The translations under genes were made by a program, and so were the position numbers. Below, in pieces: positions 43,634 through 51,514 of a DNA stretch of 51,514 bases. Each line of letters opens with the position of its first letter. Position 1 is the stretch's first letter. Source of the stretch: Chromera velia. Its lineage: Eukaryota. Below the pieces are notes generated by a model. It ran no database searches. It saw only the letters and a list, made by a program, of their open reading frames with translations, and was not told where the DNA came from. The stretch spans positions 1 to 51,514 of the forward strand of contig JAHBMJ010000284.1 in the NCBI GenBank assembly GCA_018398765.1, written 5' to 3'.

Positions 43634-46600
43634 ATGTCGCCTTCGATCAGTACAGGCTCTCTGTTGACTGCAGGTCAGACAGAAAACAAGGAGCCTGTGA
43701 CGGAGGGGACAATATTTGTTGCTTCTGTAGGACGCAGATACATCTTCTCTCAGTGGAGCTGCATTGCTACTGCAAAGTTTAAGAATACTAGCTATCATTG
43801 TATATGCATCAAAATCGTGCAGAAAGGTCAGTCAATTAATACACGCATTTGACTCGTGTAAGCAATTAACATGCATGTACTTCGCAAACAATTAACGGTC
43901 ATGGCCAAATGCATGCATGCAACGTCTGACCTTTGATTCTCTGTTTTTTAGTCACATTTTCATGTCAGGACTCAGGAACCGCATTTCAATGACTGTCAGT
44001 CACTGTCTTGACTGTTTTTGCTGTATATACGTTTTGATGAGAGCATACATACATGTATGTCGAAGTCGTGGTAACACAGCTGGGAGAATGACCCACGGCT
44101 GCTGTCCCAGGCACTCTCATCCTCAGTGTCTTGTCGATTGAACCCTGGTCAATTTCGAGACAGTCTGAAATATATACACATCTCGTGCATTCAATGGGTT
44201 GCGGTCCGTCTTCAGCCAACCCTCCAGGTCTGTCCGCACTCTCTTTTCATTTTTGAATACACTTGCCAAGCGTACGTTGTCACGGTGATCTGTCACTGGG
44301 GCTTGCATGGGTTTTCATATTCGACACTTGCACGGCTTGCATATATTATATATACGTCTGCATGCAGAGACCCTGTTGGTGAAAAAGAGTCCGAAAGACC
44401 AGAATCAGATACCAGTAGACGGACGACCCAGTCAGGCAAGGAACTCGCAGGCTGGAGCTTGCACGCAAGACGAGACAAAGGTGTGTCATAACCTTCGCTG
44501 CTGTGTTGCAGTACCCGTGGAGAAGTAGCATGTTCCCTGCATGTACTGCAGCTTCAACAAACTCTGTGTATGCAGACAGGCTCGTACTTTCCCGTCTCGC
44601 TGCGCATCTAGATCTTGCCAGAGGAATAAACGGAAGACCCCCTATGCATATTATTCCTGCAGATTCCCCTCACACAGGAGGCTAAGCACAAAGAGACAGC
44701 CGAAAAGAAAGAAGACGAGGCCGAGACAGACGTCGACCAGGACCTCTCGAGCTTCGAGGGCATTCGCCAGCTGGCGCGGTGTGGGGCTGCAGCCTTTCTT
44801 GATGCGAAGGCCCTGGTGGCCTTCTACAGACGCCAGACGGGAATTGAAGCAGGTGGAATTAGACGGTCCCGCAGCTCTGTGGAGTCTGAAGGAAACTTCC
44901 CGCGGCAGAGTGTGGACGGTCTCTCTCGGCCACAGGGAGCTCGGAGGTCTCTGAATCTTCGGGAGGAAATCTGGAGGAGAGGGGGCTCCTTCGGGATATC
45001 CCAGGGGGAAGGGGGGAAGAGAGTACTGTCGCAAATTACTGGGGGGGAGGGAATGGGATCAGGGGTGCTGATAGAGGACAATTCGAAGTTCTCGAGCGTG
45101 CCCGATCTCCCGAGGCGCCAGGATCTTCCCTCCGATCTCTTCCTTGCCCCTGAGTTACTGGAGGGACAGGACTCGCTTGGGTGGGAAAGAGAGGATGAGA
45201 ACGCGGGGGACTGTGCATTGGATGTAGTCAGGAGGGGCAGAGTAATGCTCTTTGCCCTCTCATTCGCCTGGCTGAGGCGTTCTCACCCGGACACAGAGAC
45301 GGGATATCACTTGAGCCGTGTCTGCGCATTCTTTGAAAAGTTGATGGAGGACCCCCAGTACAGCGACAAGACACTGGGGCTCTTTTGGGACTTCGCAAGC
45401 ATGTACCAGAAACCGAGGACGCCCGAGGAAGAGAGACTCTTCAGAAAAGCACTGAGGAATATGAATATTATATACTCACACAGGTGGGAAAGTCACAACA
45501 CATCATTTTTGAAAAAATCGAATTTTGGCATGTTCTGAAGAATGAGCATCCTTTCCCGGTGGGAAGTTTGAACATGGAATCAGAGAGACGAAGCCTTATC
45601 GGAGTGCCGAACCTAACAAAGATTACATAAACGTTGCAACACGAATTTGGAAGTCTGTGCACTCACTGCCTGTATCACATTAATCAGAAGAACCATTGTA
45701 ACGTTCCGCGTCGACAGTTTGCATCCTCATTTCCACTCAACATGGGCATCAATCCCCCCCTCCCCTCACTCCCCCTGTCTGTGTGTGTGTGTGCCTTTGT
45801 GTTTGTGCGTGCCTTTGTGCTTGTGTGTGCAGGTTTGTTTGCGTGTTGCGGTCCTGTGGCATTCCCTCCTCTGCTGAGAACAGAACGCCGTACAGACAGA
45901 GGGGGTGGCCTTACTTTGAGGTCCGCTTTCTGTCCTCCACTCGAATTTCCTCCACAATCCGCTTTCCATTCCTGCCTGCGTTCATTAGAATGACCGTCCA
46001 TTCCGTCACACGTCCTGTCGGTCATTCAGCTTCCTCCTCCCTCGTCCCTTTCTTGCTCCTCCACCCCAGCGCCCATTCTTTCCACCTATTGCCCGGACTG
46101 TTCTCCAAGATAACGCGAGACACTGCCGCCCTCGCACATATTAGCAACGGACGTTTTTGTGCATACGACGAATCCCTCTTTTCTTCTGAATGCGTTTTTG
46201 CATACAGGTGTGTGTTTCTGCGATGAAGAGCACGGAGATTCTTTTGAACCTCCCGGAGGAAACGGAGGAGGGCGACCCCTCATGGGTGGACCTTATCCCT
46301 GCCTTCTCGGACACAGACACAGGCACAGTCGCAGTCGCAGTGGGGACAGAGGAGTTTGAAGAACAGGTCAGTGCGTGGCCTACTTGCCACTCGTTTTGGT
46401 ACTCGAGGGTTTTCTCGGTTGATACGTACACGGGAGCAGATAGACGAACATACGGACGCGATGCAACGATCGCATTTGTGACTAGACTGCCACAGCTGCT
46501 GGCCTTGTGTCTGCGAGTTGGCGCTCTTCAAGCCGTGGGCCCTCACCATAGTCCTTTGGAGGTGCATGCGATTCGTGCACATCAATTCTCAGCAATCAGT

Positions 46601-46993
46601 TCTTTTTTCCGCAAAAAGACCTGGCCTAGCTGCACCAGCGGATCGAGTGGCTGAAAGTCCTTCACCGATTTCTCTTTTTTTTTTTTGAACAAACTCTTAA
46701 TTGGTTTCTGTAGGTTCTCCCAAAGAAATTCACCAACGGGGCGGATGCAAAACTTGTGAGTGACCTATACCGCCGGTTCTTCAACAGTTACGCTGGGAGC
46801 ATAAGAGAACTCGTCGTGGCGGGGCGGCCTGGATTCAACGACGAGCAGGCAAGGAGTATTGCGGGATTCTTTCGAGACAGGGCGGCACTGGATGCACTCA
46901 GCACTCCTCAGGTTGCTCTCTCTCTTTCTCTCTTTCTCCTCTGTCCCCCCTGCTTTCTCTCTCTCTTTCTCTCTTTCTCTCTCTCTTTCTCTT

Positions 46994-47025
<32 letters not shown>

Positions 47026-47027
47026 TT

Positions 47028-47090
<63 letters not shown>

Positions 47091-50000
47091 TATGTCTTTG
47101 CCTATCCGACCATCTTCCAAGTCTTCCTTTCTTTCTCTCTCTCTTCTAGTGTCTTTGTGGGGACTGAAGATCAAAGCATCTGCAGTGTGTTGTCTTTAGG
47201 GTTTCAGTCTGTCTCTCCCCCCGCGGAAGCTGTCGATCGACATGTCAAGACATGGACTTTGTACATTTCTGTTTCCTTCTCAACTTCCTGAGCAGGTGCG
47301 GCTTGATGGCGTCTCCATCGGCAATGCTGGTGTGGTGCGTCTCTGTCAGGCTGCCTCCAAATTTTACTCTGTCCAGAGCCTCCGCAAGCCTGCCGAAAGC
47401 GACAACGAGGCCTCTCTCTTTCAATCCCGCGCAGCCTTCCGACTGTTCTTTTCCAGATGTCCCCATGTGGGGGGGGGAGCTTGGGACTCGGTGCAGTTTT
47501 CCCTGCAGGGTCACATGAGCGGGGCTCTCCAGTGGGAACCAGACCCTGAAGATGCACACACAGCACAGGAGGGCTTTCTCCCCTCGTCTCTCTTTATCCC
47601 GTTAGAGCAAACCAACGTGAGGAGGCTGAGCGCTGTCATCAGTCCTTTCCGCCAGCGAGGAGGCGTCGAGAAGTTGCGGAGACTGTTTGGAAGGCTCAAA
47701 AGGCTGGTTGCCGAGATGCCTGCTGCCGAAAGGGAAGAAACACAAAAAGTGTGAATGGTACCCTTCGACAGTCTCTTGGAGTGTCTCAGCGTAGGCCCTG
47801 GCGCTTTTGCCTTGCACGCGTTTGACATCAGGGCTGCCCTAAAGCCCCTGGCAGGGAGTGAGCCAGCTGCAGAGGCACGACTTCGAGAAGAAGCAGATCC
47901 ACTTCCCTCTGGAAAGGAGAAAGAAGACCCTCCGCAGGAGAGAACAAAGGGGAAACGCCTCATGTCCTCAGCTTTTTTGGCACGTCTCCGTCCCTTCTGC
48001 CGCCGCATCAAACGAGAAGAGGGCTCTGAAGCCTTCAGAGAGGAGGAGCAGGAGGCCCTTACTAGGTTCTTTCCAGTCGCTGCTCTCCCTGTCTCTGTCA
48101 CTCTTTCCCTCCCACCCGCGTCTCCACACACCCTGCTGGCCTCCGAAGGCTTCTCCACCCTTTCCACATCAGGGGAGGATGGCACCCTTTTCAAACTGAA
48201 GTCTTCTGCAGCTGTTTGTGCACAGAGCAACCCTGGGTGCTGGAGAGAACTCAAGCGTGTATGTGTACAGTCCACTTCGATCACAGATTCGGGTCTTGCA
48301 GCGTTCTGTCAGGCACTGTCTGAGGGAGACGGTGCGGTCAACCTGGAGACTTTCCATTTGCTGAACTGCACCCAGCTGACGAGTGAGGCCACCTCTATTT
48401 TAAAGTCGTTTCTCCAAACGCTTTTCCAACAGAAAGCCAAACTCAGTCAGGGGGAACAGCTGGGGGAAGAAGAGGGGGCAAACGGTAAGGCACAAGAGGA
48501 GCAAGTGCCCCTTCGATTGGATTTGGCCATACAGGGCTGCGATTCTATCAGTGAGAAGGTCGAAAGAGAGATTAGGGAAGAACTCAAAAGACTCATGGGA
48601 CAGGATGGCAGCTCCGAAAATCCTGAGGGACACAACTCGACTGTTGCACATGACGGGAGGGACGCCAAAGGTGACGGAGACGGTTCGATGGACCCCTCCG
48701 TGATGGCAGAAAAAGTCGCCATGGAGATTAAAGGCATACAAGAAGTGTTTGAAGGAGTACAGAGAGAGGGTAGAGGTGTACAGTTATCAGGTGATGTGGG
48801 TGCGCGAGTGGAACGTCTTGGCATTCTAGTGGTAAATTTACGGAAGCTGGGTGACGAAGTGGAATTTTTCAAGACTAAAAATGAGAGTCTGGAGAAACAA
48901 TTCAAGGCAAGTCGCTGCTTGTCCGGGTATAGGTATATTTCTTTCAAGATCTGTCTATGTGCTTTTGCTGCCGAACTCCAAAATTCGCTTTTGGCACTTT
49001 CCGTTCGACATTTACTGCACGGATACATAATTGTCAATCCCCATTTTACCTTTGCGTGCGTGAATGCAGGAAGAAAGGCATCTGAGGAAAAAGTACTTTA
49101 ACGAGATTGAGGACATGAAAGGTGAGATAAGGAAGTTCAAATGCTGCAGGGTTGATGGAGGCTCTATTATTCATGTGGAAAAATTTGAATTGATCTGCAA
49201 GCTGGTACACACATCCCACACAACGCAGGCACTGACATGTACGTTCAGTAAAGGCAAAGATAATTGATTGACTTCTCTCATGGTCCGCTTCAAGCTCAAT
49301 GTATCGAGGCATGCAAGGGTCTTGTGCTACCATTGACTGGTTTGGGGGGCGCCTTGTTGATTTCTGCATGTGCCTGCGCCCTTGGTGATTTGATTCTATA
49401 TCTGCTGCTGCAGGGAAAATCCGTGTGTACTGCAGGCTGCGTCCAATGGCCAAGTATGAAGTGGAGAAGGGGTCAGAAGACGTTGTCGAGTTGATCGACG
49501 AATTTTCTCTCAAAGTCCGTCTTGGAAAAGTCGCATATTTGATCATGCAGAAGAGTTCGATTTTCTCTTCTGCCGTCAGCCTATTCAGCTAGGGCAGTTG
49601 TGTTTCTTCTTTGCCAAGTTATTCATACCATTCTTCGTCATTTTTTTCTTTTCTTTGCTGCGGGCTGATTTCTTGTGAGAGAAGCAGCATGTAAGACGAG
49701 TCTCAGGTGGAGCAGAGGAAGTCTTGCAGCGGAGGCGGAAACTTGCAGAAGGCGCTGTACACGAAGACAATTTGCAAGCAGAAGGCACTTGTTGAAACCG
49801 AAAAAACAACCCAATATCATGCATGAATGAATTCAACTGCAGGCTCATTCACAGAGGGGCGTCCAGGACTTCACATTCGATAAAGTGTTCGGACCCCAGA
49901 GCACCCAAGAGGAAGTCTTCGAGGACGTCAGGAGGCTGGTCTCGTCCGCAGTCGACGGATTCAACGTGTGAGTACTATTCTGTACCTACATGGAGAAAGT

Positions 50001-50189
50001 GAATGGATTGAGTCGTGCGTTGCGAGGTTGAATCCGATCCCCCGACGTCTCTGGACCTGCATGGAAGAGACCCTATCTTCACTTCTCTGGCACTCCTCTG
50101 CGGCTCTCTTTCTTCGCGTGCGTCATTTCTTTGCTTTGCAGAAGTGTGACATATGACTGTACGCAGATCGACTTGGAGAAGGTGTGCAT

Positions 50190-50220
<31 letters not shown>

Positions 50221-51063
50221 GGCAGGAAGGCAGGCATACGGCTGTGTCTACTGGGTGCCCTTTTTTGTGCTTGTGACGTACATGGAATTGCAGAGGCGTC
50301 TTCACTTTCGGGCAGACGGGGACCGGGAAGACGTACACGATTTTCGGAGGAGGGCCTGGGCGAGAGGGGATTGCCCAGAGGTCCATCTGGGAGCTGTTCA
50401 AAGTTTTGGAGGCCAGCAGGATTTCTACAGTCTCATGGGATGTGAAAGTCTCTGTCTGCGAGATCTACCTTGACAATGTCAGTTCCTACACTGCATCTCG
50501 TGACGGTTTCGGCACGCAGGATCGAAGTATCCTCTTAATTGCCTTTTCTGTCCGAGTTGAATTAAGTCGGAGGGCCTTCATTCGTTCTCTCTTCATGTGG
50601 TCAAATTGCACTTTCAAATTAATTCAGCATGCATCTTTCGATAATTGATATTTAAATTTGCGTGCGTGTTCCCTGACAGCAATCTGCCTCCCAACAGGAA
50701 CAGAGGAGAGTAGGATGGCGATTTGCTCGACCTTGCTGTTGCATATCAATGAGGTGCCTCCATGCAGGTGTTGGGTGTATACATGAAGGGATGCATGCGC
50801 CGTCTCGTCGTGCGACAGTGAAGAGGCCGGGCCACAAGAATTTCTGACACAAGATGCATGCAAAGTTCAAAGGAGCTGTATAACATTGCACGAGAGAGAC
50901 TTCATGGCACAGACATCTTGCATACTATTTTTCTTCACTCCCGTTCACGTAAATTCAGCTGCGGGACCTCCTTGTATCATCAAAGCGACACGAGAAGCCC
51001 CCTCCCCTTGCAGTGCACAAGAACGCATCCGGGGCTGTGTATTTAGAGGGGGCAGAAATAAAG
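43634..51063 (+). CDS. HET-like domain + LRR + coiled coil + C-terminal kinesin-14 (KCBP-like) motor; contains an in-frame TGA at 47752-47754; 3' end lies beyond the window
   Basis: Phase-consistent exons: 44368-44480, 44663-45483, 45833-45920, 46208-46366, 46714-46911, ~47200/47296-48906, 49070-49121, 49414-49514, 49843-49967, 50294-50477 and 50959-51063. The start at 43634 is tentative. Whether this is one or two genes depends on the TGA. Confidence 0.65.
45245..45920 (+). other. HET (heterokaryon incompatibility, PF06985)-like domain
   Basis: Ordered motifs FALSFAWL...HPD, LFWDFASMYQ, ALRNMNIIYSH and, in the next exon, PYRQRGWPYFE match the HET pattern (ALSY.W / WiD..CI.Q / M..IY / R.W..QE). 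Confidence 0.75.
46917..47085. repeat. (TC)n/(TTTC)n followed by (GT)n intronic microsatellite
   Basis: Directly visible. Confidence 0.95.
49070..51063 (+). other. Kinesin-14 neck and N-terminal half of the motor domain
   Basis: Spliced sequence: EERHLRKKYFNEIEDMKGKIRVYCRLRP...[49 protein letters not shown]...EIYLDNLRDLL. P-loop GQTGTGKT is intact. Confidence 0.95.
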
Positions 51064-51471
51064 GTCAATCGGTAGGATGCGCGCATGTTTCTTCTTTATT
51101 CTTTTCGGTAGCGAGCATCGGGCAGCTTCCTTTGCTTTGTGGTTCTTTCCCAGAAACGTTTTTTTCTGTGCTTTAATCCATCTATCCTTTCGTCCATCTA
51201 TTAATTCAGCCACTTCCCTGTTCTCCTTCAACAGAAAGACAGGGAGACTTTTGAGATTGACTGACGTACTGACTGACTGACTGACTGTCTGACTGACGGA
51301 GTAAGTGAGTGAGTTGATGAGAGACAGATCTGCACATGGATCCATGTACGTTGCCAAACTGAAGACTCCGGTTCAGTACGTCCGCACTCTCTCTCATGCC
51401 CAAGGCACGAGTTCCTTGATCGATCATACAGCAGAAGGTGAAGTTGGACACCACGAATTGACACAGACACA

Positions 51472-51512
<41 letters not shown>

Positions 51513-51514
51513 AC

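Noticed and set aside
51064..51514. Remaining kinesin motifs (switch I SSRSH, switch II DLAGSE)
   Set aside because: Not found within the window; presumed downstream, so motor completeness is unverified

Overview
Eukaryotic nuclear DNA, intron-rich and microsatellite-rich. Introns often start GTCAGT, TGCATGCA is frequent and the proteins are low-complexity; this style suggests a chromerid alveolate such as Chromera velia (inference, not verified). Manual splicing with intron-phase checks gives these elements: (1) a partial unknown gene at the left edge (minus); (2) a TM + coiled-coil + RING-H2 E3 ligase gene (4945-8415, plus); (3) a 477-bp non-autonomous TIR element with a near-perfect 8-bp target-site duplication (8589-9065); (4) a ~19-kb gene for a secreted protein with a signal peptide, F-type-lectin/discoidin-like domains and about 24 Sushi/CCP modules (10720-29920, minus); (5) a large unknown gene with a 30-bp coding tandem repeat (31220-40265, plus); (6) an intronless divergent NADAR/YbiA-family gene (42768-43511, minus); and (7), head-to-head with it, a gene combining a HET-like (TIR-related) domain, LRRs, a coiled coil and a C-terminal kinesin-14 (KCBP-like) motor, interrupted by one in-frame TGA and truncated at the window end. 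The HET-LRR-kinesin fusion and its divergent NADAR partner are the most novel-looking system. All assignments come from motif recognition by eye; no searches were run.
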